Positions 19,334 through 28,597 of a stretch of 64,000 nt of DNA are shown piece after piece; position 1 is the first letter of the stretch; the number at the start of each line of letters is the position of its first letter. Source of the DNA: Alphaproteobacteria bacterium (GTDB taxonomy: Bacteria; Pseudomonadota; Alphaproteobacteria; Rs-D84); assembly GCA_015062495.1 (NCBI GenBank), contig SUUN01000002.1:159210-223209 (forward strand). The letters run 5' to 3'. Both the position numbers and the translations under genes were made by a program. The notes below the pieces were generated by a model, which saw only the letters and a list, made by a program, of their open reading frames with translations, did no database searches and was not told the DNA's origin.

Positions 19334-20956
19334 ATGGATTTTTCAATGTATATAAACAGATTTTTTGGATATATCACGACACTTTTAATCCTGGCGGGAT
19401 GCACAGGTCCGGACACAACCGCACCATCGGTCGATTGGTTTGACGAATATGAAAACATGCAGGCCGGCACACCATCCCAAATGTACGGCACACTGTCCGA
19501 CGGTTATGGCACAAACGACACATCAACCGACACGCACCGTATGGCGGTATTACTGCCCCTATCGGGCGACAACGCCGCGGTCGGCAAAACAATCCGCACA
19601 TCTGTTGAAATGGCGGTATTGCAGAACGCGCCAAAAAACCTGACGGTATCTTTCTATGACACGGCCGACAACACAACCGAAACCATTAACAACGCACTGG
19701 CCAAAAAACCTGAGATTATCATCGGCCCTGTATTTTCATCTGATGCAAAAACTCTGCGCGATACCAAGCCTGAACACCTGCCGGCACTGTCATTTACATC
19801 GGACGCAGACGCCCTGGGCAACGGATTAATGACAATGAATTTAATGCCAACAAACGGCGTTGAAACGATTGTACGCGAAATGAAATCCGATGATGTTAAA
19901 CAATTTATTATACTTGCCCCTGATTCAGAATCTGGTCGTCTGATGGCTGGAACCGCAAAAAATGCAGCGGAAATTTACGAATTACCATTGGCGGGCATAT
20001 TCTATTATGAATCTGGCAATCCTGATTCAATCAAGAACGCGGCATCTGCTGCATCTATGCATAACGCACGCACCATGGCCCACACCCGTGCCCGCCAGGT
20101 TTTATCCGACATATTAACAAACGAACGTCTGACCATTGTTGAAAAGTCAAATTTAAATACCCAACTGGAAAAATTAGAACGTGTCGACACAATCGGTCGC
20201 ATACCATATGATGCAGTGTTATTCCTTGGCAATGGCGACGATACAAAATCACTGGCGTCATATCTGCGCTATTTTGACGTACCCGCACGCGACGCACGTT
20301 TCTATGGCACAACGATGTGGGACGGTTCTGACATTGCATATGACACAACAATGATGGGCGCAAAATTTGCAACTATGCCCGACATTAATCCTGAATTTAC
20401 AAATCTTTATCAACAGATTTCTGGGGATATGCCAAATCGCCTGGCGACATTTGGATACGACGCCACCAACATGGCAATTGGCATGATATATTCTGATAAA
20501 TCAACCGCCGCCTATTTATTAGACCCCAGTGGCTATATGGGCACAGACGGCCTGTTCCGTATGCAACCAACCGGCGCATCTGAACGCGCACTGCGTATTG
20601 TTGAACTGGATGGATCTGGCACACCACGTGAAATCAAACCCGCCCCGTCTGATTTCATGTCACCACTGTATAATATCGAACAGCGTCACATAACACCGGC
20701 CCCCGCAATGGATTTACAAACGCCCGGCATTGACCCAGACAACTACATCCGTCTGCCCGAACGCCTTGCGTCCAGTTATCGCAGCAAAACCATCGGCACA
20801 AACATCACCATTTCCCCAATGGTGCAAAAAAGTGAAATTGTCGCCATATTACCCGAAGATGACAGCGACGCCATCCAAACCCAGAACTTTACCCCGGTAA
20901 AATTGGAAAGCGTATCCCGCAGTTTTATCGATGAATACGAAGTGTACGAAGATTGA
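19334..20956 (+). CDS. penicillin-binding protein activator LpoA-like lipoprotein (periplasmic-binding-protein fold)
   Basis: LILAGC lipobox; type-I PBP-like region (HRMAVLLPLSGDNAAVG); divergent from rsmI as in E. coli yraL-yraM. Confidence 0.65.
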   Translation: MDFSMYINRFFGYITTLLILAGCTGPDTTAPSVDWFDEYENMQAGTPSQMYGTLSDGYGTNDTSTDTHRMAVLLPLSGDNAAVGKTIRTSVEMAVLQNAPKNLTVSFYDTADNTTETINNALAKKPEIIIGPVFSSDAKTLRDTKPEHLPALSFTSDADALGNGLMTMNLMPTNGVETIVREMKSDDVKQFIILAPDSESGRLMAGTAKNAAEIYELPLAGIFYYESGNPDSIKNAASAASMHNARTMAHTRARQVLSDILTNERLTIVEKSNLNTQLEKLERVDTIGRIPYDAVLFLGNGDDTKSLASYLRYFDVPARDARFYGTTMWDGSDIAYDTTMMGAKFATMPDINPEFTNLYQQISGDMPNRLATFGYDATNMAIGMIYSDKSTAAYLLDPSGYMGTDGLFRMQPTGASERALRIVELDGSGTPREIKPAPSDFMSPLYNIEQRHITPAPAMDLQTPGIDPDNYIRLPERLASSYRSKTIGTNITISPMVQKSEIVAILPEDDSDAIQTQNFTPVKLESVSRSFIDEYEVYED

Positions 20957-21005
20957 TATTTCTGCAAAATCGTGATATAATCTAAAACAAACAAAAGGAT
21001 TTACC

Positions 21006-21335
21006 ATGGAAGATATTGTGAACGACCGCGTTAACACCGCACAGGCCGAACTGGCAAAACGCGCCAGTGAATTAAAACGCATTGTTGCGAAATCAAAAAC
21101 TAAAAAACTGGGCCCTGGATTTAACGAGGGTGTAAACATCGTATCCCAAATGATAGAAGGTCAATCAAAATTACTGGACACTTTTGTATTTGACACCCCA
21201 AAAACAGCATTGGAACAACAGCGCAATTTAATGTTGATGACAGGAACGATGAACCAATCCGTCCAAGAAGGCATCAAATCCACCACCGATGCAATTGATT
21301 CAATGCTTCGCACGCTGGACGAAATGACACGATAA
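21006..21335 (+). CDS. hypothetical helical protein (phasin-like?)
   Basis: 109 aa, predicted all-helical, no motifs; followed by hairpin terminator at 21341-21368. Confidence 0.45.
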   Translation: MEDIVNDRVNTAQAELAKRASELKRIVAKSKTKKLGPGFNEGVNIVSQMIEGQSKLLDTFVFDTPKTALEQQRNLMLMTGTMNQSVQEGIKSTTDAIDSMLRTLDEMTR

Positions 21336-21459
21336 TGACACACCGACCAAATGGTCGGTTTTTTGTGGCAAACACTGGCGTGGTGGCTGACGCTCTGGCG
21401 TATCCAGCCACCCCACCATACCAAAATAAAAACACCCCCATTCGGGGGTATTTTTATTT

Positions 21460-21546
21460 CTGGTGGGAGTGGCTGGATTCGAACCAGCTCAGGCTTAAGC
21501 CAACAGATTTACAGTCTGCCCCGGCTCTCCAACTCCGGCGCACGCC
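21460..21546 (-). tRNA. tRNA-Tyr (anticodon GTA), 87 nt with long variable arm, CCA encoded
   Basis: hand-folded: acceptor GGGCGTG/CACTCCC (one C-U mismatch at 4-69), anticodon stem GCAGA/TCTGT loop CTGTAAA, T-arm GCTGG-TTCGAAT-CCAGC. Confidence 0.85.
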
Positions 21547-21555
21547 CGAACTTAT

Positions 21556-21604
21556 TCGCCACATGCTCTTGTTTGTGGCTTGCCACACGAAGCTCTGGCG
21601 AAGT
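21556..21604 (-). repeat. tRNA 3'-flank repeat, family A (CCACAC/GTGTGG hairpin element), between tRNA-Gly and tRNA-Tyr
   Basis: ttgtttgtggcttgccacacgaagctctggcgaagtgtgg abutting the CCA of tRNA-Gly; homologous to 34741-34804. Confidence 0.7.
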
Positions 21605-21679
21605 GTGGTGCGGGCAGCGGGAATCGAACCCGCATTTCAAGCTTGGAAGGCTTGCATACTAGCCTTTGTACTATGCCCG
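21605..21679 (-). tRNA. tRNA-Gly (anticodon TCC), 75 nt, CCA encoded
   Basis: acceptor GCGGGCA/TGCCCGC, anticodon stem CAAGC/GCTTG loop CTTCCAA, T-arm GCGGG-TTCGATT-CCCGC. Confidence 0.85.
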
Positions 21680-21830
21680 CAACAAATTCAAAGCCCAACG
21701 ATTATATAATAAATGAAATAAAAATCAAGTGATTATTACGTGCAATAAAAAATGCCAAAAAATCCTAGACAACTGCCACAATCCATATGATATAATTTAA
21801 ATACAAACAATAAAATCAAAGGGGACAAAT

Positions 21831-22217
21831 ATGAAAAAGACTTCTTTATTTGCATTAATCGGCGTTTTATTTGCGGGCGCGGCATCCGCTGAATTTGCAG
21901 GCCCTGACGCACCGGCGGCAACTGCGACAAACGCACGTGGTGGTTTTGTTAGCGGCGCCGAAACAATCGTCACTGTAAAACAAGTAAACGAAATGCGCGA
22001 CGATGTACCTGTTATTATCCAGGGCAAAATTATCCAGCGCATGGGCGATGAAAAATACCTGTTCGAAGATTCAACCGGTTCTATTACTGTTGAAATCGAT
22101 GACGACAATTGGCGCGGCCAGACCATCAGACCAACCGACACAGTAAAAATGTATGGCGAAGTTGACCGTGGCATTTTCAGCACCGAAATCGACATCGACT
22201 ATGTTGAAAAACTGTAA
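21831..22217 (+). CDS. BOF (YgiW/YdeI) family periplasmic OB-fold protein
   Basis: signal peptide then OB region (GKIIQRMGDEKYLFEDSTGSITVEIDDD). Confidence 0.75.
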   Translation: MKKTSLFALIGVLFAGAASAEFAGPDAPAATATNARGGFVSGAETIVTVKQVNEMRDDVPVIIQGKIIQRMGDEKYLFEDSTGSITVEIDDDNWRGQTIRPTDTVKMYGEVDRGIFSTEIDIDYVEKL

Positions 22218-22224
22218 AAATTAA

Positions 22225-22252
22225 ACACCCCGCCAACCGGCGGGTTTTTTTT
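22225..22252 (+). terminator. rho-independent terminator after BOF gene
   Basis: caccccgccaaccggcgggtttttttt. Confidence 0.75.
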
Positions 22253-22267
22253 ATAATAAATTAAAAT

Positions 22268-22366
22268 AAAAGATAATGATATAGATACGGGATAGGGGCG
22301 ACATCGTAGTGTACAGAAGTTACATGAGATGTTGCCCCCGCCCGTAGATATGCCATTAGATTTTAT
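22268..22366. repeat. hairpin repeat element, type A termini, copy 3a
   Basis: aaagataatgatatagatacgggataggggcgacatcgtagtgtacagaagttacatgagatgttgcccccgcccgtagatatgccattagatttta. Confidence 0.75.
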
Positions 22367-22377
22367 TGAAAATAAAT

Positions 22378-22463
22378 TAGAATGATTTAGATAAAAACAA
22401 ATCAGGCATCGTAGTGTACAGACGCTACATGAGATGCCCGAATTGTTTTTAGATGAATTATTA
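22378..22463. repeat. hairpin repeat element, type B termini, copy 3b (tandem with 3a)
   Basis: tagaatgatttagataaaaacaaatcaggcatcgtagtgtacagacgctacatgagatgcccgaattgtttttagatgaattatta. Confidence 0.7.
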
Positions 22464-22467
22464 TAAT

Positions 22468-22893
22468 TTATTTTGCCTGTTTCTGTTCGTATAACTGGGC
22501 AAAGTCCACCGGCTGCATCGCAAATGTTGGGAAACCGGATTCTGATGTCAAACGTGTAATCAGGGCACGAACCGCTGGGAACAATAATGTTGGAACATCA
22601 ATCAACAGTGTACGTTTTTTCGCTTCTTCGTCTTTTTCTTCTTCCATCTGGACCAGACCTGAATATGTTGATTCAATCAGGAATATTGATTTATCACCCT
22701 GCTCTAACTTTGAATGAACCTTGGTAATCAAATCAACCATGAACAAGTTGTTTTCTGCACCCTTGATTTGAATATCGATATTGATTTCTAATTTAGCCTG
22801 ACCGTTATCGGACTTAAAGAACAATTCTGGTACATTTGGGCTTTCGAACGAAATGTCTTTTAGAAACTGTGAAATGATATTAAATTTTGCCAT
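22468..22893 (-). CDS. secB: protein-export chaperone SecB
   Basis: 141 aa; MAKFNIISQFLKDISFESPN... SecB-like throughout. Confidence 0.9.
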   Translation of the reverse strand: MAKFNIISQFLKDISFESPNVPELFFKSDNGQAKLEINIDIQIKGAENNLFMVDLITKVHSKLEQGDKSIFLIESTYSGLVQMEEEKDEEAKKRTLLIDVPTLLFPAVRALITRLTSESGFPTFAMQPVDFAQLYEQKQAK

Positions 22894-23004
22894 TATAAAT
22901 TCTCCTTCGGTCTTATTGGCTAAAAAGTGGTCTGGACTTGCGTCCTGCTTTTATGTTAATATAACACTATAAAAGATTTTTACAAGTGGGGGGACAAACC
23001 AAAA

Positions 23005-24105
23005 ATGCTTTTTTTAACAAAAAAATCTGTTTTTAATGGGATTCTGGGCATTTTATCCGCATTTATCCTGGCGTCATGTGATGTTTCTACGCCAACCGTA
23101 TCGGGCGACAATTCGGTAATACCATCTAATTTTCGGCGCGTATCTTATAACGACCTGCCCGGTTGGCGCGATGACGATGTGCGCTATGCACTGCAAGCGT
23201 TTCGTAATTCATGCAAGGCTAAAATTCAATACACCGGCCGCCTGATACCGGACCGCGAATTATTTGCCGAAAAATGTCGCATGTTGCCAAGTGCGTCGGC
23301 GGACGTGGCAACGGTTCGCGCATGGTTTGAATCAAATTTTCAACCGTACCAGATTTACAATGACAACGGTGGCGATCGCGGCACATACACCGGATATTAT
23401 TCCCCAATAATTCCCGCATGTCGCACAAAAACGGCCCAGTGTAACGAACCATTAATGGGCATCCCGACCGACGGCCGCAATTACAAGGGCGTGCCCAAGA
23501 AAGATATCGTAGAAAAGAAAATCGGTCGCGTCCTGTACTGGGCAAACATCGTTGATGTTCAAAATATCCAGATTCAGGGTTCTGGCAACCTGCGCCTAGA
23601 AGATGGCACGGACGTAAAATTAAACTTTGCCGCCGTTAACGATATGCCGTTCAAATCGATTGGCGAAGAATTGCGCAACCGTGGCATTCGCCCCGCCGGT
23701 GGCTTCTCTTCCGAGGCTGTCTGGCAACACCTGAAAGCGAATCCAACACTTGCGCGCGATGTAATTTACAAAAACCCACGCTATGTATATTTCTATGAAT
23801 CCACCCCACCGGACGTAATTGGCAAACTGGGTACACCACTGTCAAAAATCCGCAGTATTGCGATGGACGACGACCTGTATACGCTGGGTTTGCCCGTATA
23901 CATCAATACCAACCTGTCTGATGGTCGCCCGTTCCGCCGCCTGATGATTGCCCAGGACACCGGCAGTGCCATCCGCGGCTGGATTCGCGCAGATATCTTT
24001 TTCGGCAAAGGGGACGAAGCCTATAAATTCGCCCAGGGTCAACACGCCCAGGGCCAGATGTTCATCCTGATGCCCAAAGAATACACCTATGTCAAACCAC
24101 GATAA
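23005..24105 (+). CDS. mltA: murein transglycosylase A (MltA) lipoprotein
   Basis: LASC lipobox; MltA-specific and 3D domain regions. Confidence 0.75.
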   Translation: MLFLTKKSVFNGILGILSAFILASCDVSTPTVSGDNSVIPSNFRRVSYNDLPGWRDDDVRYALQAFRNSCKAKIQYTGRLIPDRELFAEKCRMLPSASADVATVRAWFESNFQPYQIYNDNGGDRGTYTGYYSPIIPACRTKTAQCNEPLMGIPTDGRNYKGVPKKDIVEKKIGRVLYWANIVDVQNIQIQGSGNLRLEDGTDVKLNFAAVNDMPFKSIGEELRNRGIRPAGGFSSEAVWQHLKANPTLARDVIYKNPRYVYFYESTPPDVIGKLGTPLSKIRSIAMDDDLYTLGLPVYINTNLSDGRPFRRLMIAQDTGSAIRGWIRADIFFGKGDEAYKFAQGQHAQGQMFILMPKEYTYVKPR

Positions 24106-24418
24106 AAAATTTGACGAACGCACCAAACGCCCCCAAACCATTGGCGGGGCATTGGGTGGTTTGATTAAAATTTTTGGGATTCGCGCATCGGATTCAGACC
24201 TGGCGGCGCGCTGGGATGAAATCATGGGGACTGATATCGCGTCTGTTGCGCGCCTGGCGGCAATAAAAAAGAATCGCGACAACACATTTAACGTTGTAAT
24301 TCGCCCCACCCACCCGGCGTACGCATTACAACTATCATATCAATCCGACGAAATAATAAAACGAATTAACAAATATTTCGGCTATGACGCCGTCGGCAAA
24401 ATAAGTTTTCGAAAATGA
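24089..24418 (+). CDS. DUF721-like (DciA-like) small protein
   Basis: 109 aa, overlaps mltA stop and ruvC start; call is from DUF721 size/position only, no motif checked. Confidence 0.4.
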   Translation: MSNHDKKFDERTKRPQTIGGALGGLIKIFGIRASDSDLAARWDEIMGTDIASVARLAAIKKNRDNTFNVVIRPTHPAYALQLSYQSDEIIKRINKYFGYDAVGKISFRK

Positions 24419-24894
24419 CAAAACGCGTACTGGGCATTGACCCTGGATTATTACATACCGGATGGGCGGTGGTTGATACCGCGGGACAAACACGCAAATA
24501 TATTGCCAGTGGCGTTATATTGCCCAAAACAACATTACCGTTTGCCGAACGCCTGACGACAATTTTTCGCGGCGTGTCCGAATTATGCGAAACATTTTCC
24601 CCCGACGAATGCAGCATTGAAATCACGTTTGTGAACAAAAACCCAAAAACCACACTTATTTTGGGACACGCGCGTGCGGCGGCAATTGTTGCAGTGGCGA
24701 ACCGCGACATCCCCGTTTTTGAATACGAACCAAATAAAATTAAAAAGGCCCTGACCGGCGCCGGCCACGCCGACAAAACTGCGATTGATAAAATGGTTCA
24801 AATTTTATTACCCACGGCCCACCCAAAAACCGCGGACGAAGCCGACGCCATCGCCATCGCCCTGGCCCACACAAATATGACACGATTTATATAA
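24415..24894 (+). CDS. ruvC: crossover junction endodeoxyribonuclease RuvC
   Basis: 159 aa; MTKRVLGIDPGLLHTGWAV; RNase H-like catalytic acidic residues. Confidence 0.9.
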   Translation: MTKRVLGIDPGLLHTGWAVVDTAGQTRKYIASGVILPKTTLPFAERLTTIFRGVSELCETFSPDECSIEITFVNKNPKTTLILGHARAAAIVAVANRDIPVFEYEPNKIKKALTGAGHADKTAIDKMVQILLPTAHPKTADEADAIAIALAHTNMTRFI

Positions 24895-24921
24895 ACAAAA
24901 ATCCCGCATATGCGGGATTCT
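24895..24921. terminator. bidirectional terminator (ruvC / convergent Cys-rich gene)
   Basis: aaaaatcccgcatatgcgggatt, stronger T-run on minus strand. Confidence 0.65.
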
Positions 24922-25163
24922 TACCGCAATGGTGGGAAACAATCGCCACCTGATTCCGGGCAACAATTAAAACCCAAATCATACATATCGGTATAAACCT
25001 CGCCTGGGCAACAGCCATGTTTATCGGGCATTTCGCCCCCATCACACATTGGCACATCACCCGGCGCAATCGTATCACGCGACGCATGCGCCCACATCCC
25101 CAGCACAAATCCAACCAAGAAAGCCATAACAATCGCAACACACGAACTAATATTCTTTTTCAT
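24921..25163 (-). CDS. small secreted cysteine-rich protein (CC-x-CC family), paralog 1
   Basis: signal peptide; C-terminal GCCPGEVYTDM...FNCCPESGGDCFPPLR. Confidence 0.55.
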   Translation of the reverse strand: MKKNISSCVAIVMAFLVGFVLGMWAHASRDTIAPGDVPMCDGGEMPDKHGCCPGEVYTDMYDLGFNCCPESGGDCFPPLR

Positions 25164-25206
25164 ATATTATCCCTTTGATATAAAAATGTACCCTTGCACA
25201 AAAAAT

Positions 25207-25304
25207 AAAAAATAATGGTATAGATACGGGATGGGGGCGACATCATAGTGTACAGAAGTTACATGAGATGTTGCCCCCGCCCGTAGATACGCCATTAGAT
25301 TTTA
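25207..25304. repeat. hairpin repeat element, type A termini, copy 4
   Basis: ataatggtatagatacgggatgggggcgacatcatagtgtacagaagttacatgagatgttgcccccgcccgtagatacgccattagatttta. Confidence 0.75.
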
Positions 25305-25307
25305 TTT

Positions 25308-25838
25308 TTATTTCAACGGGGGGAAACAGTCGCCACTACCCTCTTTCGGACAGCACGCAAACACCGTATTCCCCAAATCCTTGAACACTTCATCGCCACA
25401 GCACCCAAATTTATTGGGCTGACTGCCATCGGCGCACAGCCCCGCATCCAGATTGGCTAATTCCTGTTCCAACTCTATCATCGGGTCAATTTCCACAACA
25501 TCTTGCTGAACCACAGATTCTACCTCTGGCGATTCTTGGACGACATCCTCTACAACAGTCGATACCTCTTCGGGTGCGGCGGTCACTTCAACAACTATCC
25601 GCGCTTCCCCAGACGTCCGACGCCCACGCGCAGATTTCGTACACGTACGACGATATTCCGCCTTTAATTTTGTCAGTTCTGCCGTCTCGGCTTCTGTTGG
25701 TTCATCTATTTTACCAATTTCAGACACCCGCGCCGATATGTCTGCGCAACTCATCCTCTCTGACACAACCTGGCCTGCGCCATCGGCAAACGCCCCCGAC
25801 ACAAAGCAACTTAACATTAAAGTAAAAAGTAATTTCAT
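25308..25838 (-). CDS. secreted cysteine-rich protein (CC-x-CC family), paralog 2 with acidic linker
   Basis: signal peptide, acidic VxE-rich linker, C-terminal FGCCGDEVFKD...FACCPKEGSGDCFPPLK homologous to paralog 1. Confidence 0.55.
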   Translation of the reverse strand: MKLLFTLMLSCFVSGAFADGAGQVVSERMSCADISARVSEIGKIDEPTEAETAELTKLKAEYRRTCTKSARGRRTSGEARIVVEVTAAPEEVSTVVEDVVQESPEVESVVQQDVVEIDPMIELEQELANLDAGLCADGSQPNKFGCCGDEVFKDLGNTVFACCPKEGSGDCFPPLK

Positions 25839-25847
25839 AACTATAAC

Positions 25848-26582
25848 CTATTGTTCGTTAATGATTTTTTCGACTTCCAGAATGAAGTCAATCGCTGGAT
25901 TTGTTAATCGCTTGGCGGTTTCAAAAATCTCTTCTGCGGCCGCCTGCATATTCAACCTTTTATATGTTTCTACAACCTCGATTGTCTCTTGGTTATCAAA
26001 TTCATCATCTTCCAGCGCGCGCGCAATTTCCAATTCTTGTTTTGCCAAATCTACATACCTGGCACTATTTTCTGCGCATCCACGTTCTGACAAATTCGCA
26101 TAGATTTTTGCCCTTTCAATCCTGTCATCAGAATCATCACTTGCATATGGCAATTGCCCCAACAACAGTGTTTCAATCTGTTCGCACGTCTGCTGACCCG
26201 CATCAGAATCCTGTAACGCCACAACAATTTCACGTTCACGCGCCGCCGCATTATGATATTTCTGCTGATTCTGGGAACAACCATTCATAACCAATTTTTC
26301 ATAGACACCAATATTATATTCATGATCGCGAACATCCTGGCTATCCTCTGGCATCAGACGGCCCAGCAACAAATCTTCGATTATCGCGCATGTTTCTTTT
26401 GTCTGCGATTCCACCACCGGCGCAGGCGTTGCGACCTGCTCTATCTCTGCGACCGGGGTGGGACGGCCATTAATTCCCAATCCAACCATCAATCCGCACG
26501 CAAACAGTGCACCCAACGCCAACCATCCAAACACCTTCTCTTTTCTGGTGTGAACAACCTGAACTTTTTGCTTAACTTTCAC
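25848..26582 (-). CDS. hypothetical membrane-anchored protein with internal tandem ~70-aa repeat
   Basis: N-terminal TM; two repeats of TCxxIExLLLGxLP...Y..L...GC..N...Y...A..E.EI..AL(Q/E)D. Confidence 0.5.
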   Translation of the reverse strand: MKVKQKVQVVHTRKEKVFGWLALGALFACGLMVGLGINGRPTPVAEIEQVATPAPVVESQTKETCAIIEDLLLGRLMPEDSQDVRDHEYNIGVYEKLVMNGCSQNQQKYHNAAAREREIVVALQDSDAGQQTCEQIETLLLGQLPYASDDSDDRIERAKIYANLSERGCAENSARYVDLAKQELEIARALEDDEFDNQETIEVVETYKRLNMQAAAEEIFETAKRLTNPAIDFILEVEKIINEQ

Positions 26583-26603
26583 AACTCTCTCCTTATGTTT
26601 TTA

Positions 26604-27314
26604 TTATTCCACAATCCCATTGTTAATTGTAATAATTCTATCCGCGCGCGACGCCAGGTTCATATCATGCGTCACAAACAGCATTGCCATCTTGTTTTTA
26701 CGCACCAAATCCAGCAATAAATCAAATACACTGCCTGCATGCATTGGGTCCAGACTGCCCGTCGGCTCATCCGCCAACAAGATATCTGGATTATTCGCCA
26801 ACGCGCGTGCAACGGCGGTACGCTGTTGTTCGCCACCACTCATTTCCCCTGGAACATGCGACGCCCGATGCGCAACACTTGCAGCGCGCAGCAACTTCAT
26901 CGCACGTGCCCGCGCCAAATTTTCATCCACACCATTGGCCAACATCGGCAACATAACATTTTCCAGCGCCGTAAAATCTGACAGCAAATTATGCTTTTGA
27001 TACACAAATCCGATTTTTTTGCGTCGAATTTGTGTCCGCATATCTTCATCCATTTTCTGAACCGCCGCACCATTAATTAATATACTGCCCCCACTGGGTC
27101 GGTCTAACAATCCCACACACTGCAACAATGTTGATTTACCCGAACCCGACGCCCCAACCAGCGCGATAATTTCCCCACGATGCAAATCAAACCCACCGCC
27201 ACGCAGAATATGCAATGGTTGCCCCCCTTCGACAAACGTCCGTTTAATATCCCGCACCGACATAACCGCGTCGCCAGACTGTACCTTTGACAAAGAATCT
27301 AAAATATTCGCCAT
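26604..27314 (-). CDS. lolD: lipoprotein-releasing system ATP-binding protein LolD
   Basis: ABC ATPase Walker A GASGSGKST, signature SGGEQQR, Walker B LLADEPTG. Confidence 0.85.
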   Translation of the reverse strand: MANILDSLSKVQSGDAVMSVRDIKRTFVEGGQPLHILRGGGFDLHRGEIIALVGASGSGKSTLLQCVGLLDRPSGGSILINGAAVQKMDEDMRTQIRRKKIGFVYQKHNLLSDFTALENVMLPMLANGVDENLARARAMKLLRAASVAHRASHVPGEMSGGEQQRTAVARALANNPDILLADEPTGSLDPMHAGSVFDLLLDLVRKNKMAMLFVTHDMNLASRADRIITINNGIVE

Positions 27315-27330
27315 TTACTTTGCCTTTTTC

Positions 27331-28584
27331 TTACTCATTTCTCAACACCTCGACCGGGTCTGTGTTTGCCGCCTTCCATGCTGGGTACAACGTCGCCAAA
27401 AATGCCAACAACACCGCAATCAGCGCAATCCCCAACACATCCGTCCAAACCAATTTAGACGGCAATTCAGACAAATAATACAGTTCCGCCGGAAACAAAT
27501 CACGCCCTGTAATCCATTGAAAGAACTGACGAATTGGCTCAATATAAATCGCGACCAGCACCCCAAATATCGTGCCAAAGAACGCCCCAATCACACCAAT
27601 CGACGTCCCCGATAAAATAAATATCTTCATCATAGACCTGCGCGACACACCAAATGTGCGCAACACTGCGATATCTTTGTTTTTATCTTTGACCAACATA
27701 ACCAACGACGACACTATATTAAACGCCGCCACAATCACAATCAGCATCAAGATTAAAAACATAACATTTGATTCCACCTGTAATGCGCCAACAAAACCAC
27801 GGTTCAAATCGCGCCAATCACGCACCACAAACCCATCCGGCAACAGACGCGCCAAACTTTCGACAACCGCCGTTGTATCTTCGGGATTATCCAAGAACAA
27901 ATCAATATGCGTCACAGAATTGCCAATATTCAAATACTTTTGCGCGGTTTCCAACGGCATAAAAATATAGCCTGAATCATATTCATACATACCCATAAAG
28001 AATGAACTCATCACCGGGTACGACATAATCCGCGGCATTGAACCAAAGGGTGTCGGCGTTGCATTATTTGCAGACACTAACGAAATATTATCCCCCATAC
28101 CAACGCGCAATGCCCGCGTCAACGACGCCCCCGCGACCAGTTCGCCATCTGTGATTGCGGCCAAATCCTTGCCATAAATTCGTGTACCGGTCTGGGTTTT
28201 TGCCGCCAAATCAGACATCCGAATCCCCCGCAACATCGCCCCCGTATTATTCCCATTTGCGGTTGCCATAACCTGACCTTCGGCAATTGGCACAATCGAC
28301 ACAACACGCTGTTCAACCGCTTTGTTCTGTTTCATTTTATCAATCAGAAAATCAAAATCCGAAATCGCGCCATCCTGGTGATAGACAACCACATGCCCAT
28401 TCATCCCAACAATCCGCCCCAGCAGTGTATCATGAAAACCGCCCATGACCGACATCACCACAATCAGCGTTGCCACCCCCAACATAATACCAATCAGTGA
28501 CACCCACGAAATCACAGAACCAAACCCGCGTTTTTTCGCGCCCAAATACCTAAATGCAATTTTCCGTTCCAGTTTTGAAAACAT
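27331..28584 (-). CDS. lipoprotein-releasing system permease LolC/LolE (FtsX/MacB-like)
   Basis: 417 aa; TM1, large periplasmic domain, three C-terminal TMs. Confidence 0.85.
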   Translation of the reverse strand: MFSKLERKIAFRYLGAKKRGFGSVISWVSLIGIMLGVATLIVVMSVMGGFHDTLLGRIVGMNGHVVVYHQDGAISDFDFLIDKMKQNKAVEQRVVSIVPIAEGQVMATANGNNTGAMLRGIRMSDLAAKTQTGTRIYGKDLAAITDGELVAGASLTRALRVGMGDNISLVSANNATPTPFGSMPRIMSYPVMSSFFMGMYEYDSGYIFMPLETAQKYLNIGNSVTHIDLFLDNPEDTTAVVESLARLLPDGFVVRDWRDLNRGFVGALQVESNVMFLILMLIVIVAAFNIVSSLVMLVKDKNKDIAVLRTFGVSRRSMMKIFILSGTSIGVIGAFFGTIFGVLVAIYIEPIRQFFQWITGRDLFPAELYYLSELPSKLVWTDVLGIALIAVLLAFLATLYPAWKAANTDPVEVLRNE

Positions 28585-28597
28585 AACCTATCTTTCC

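Noticed and set aside
21006-21335. Phasin (PhaP) assignment for the 109-aa helical protein
   Set aside because: Only composition and helicity suggest it; no motif, so kept as hypothetical
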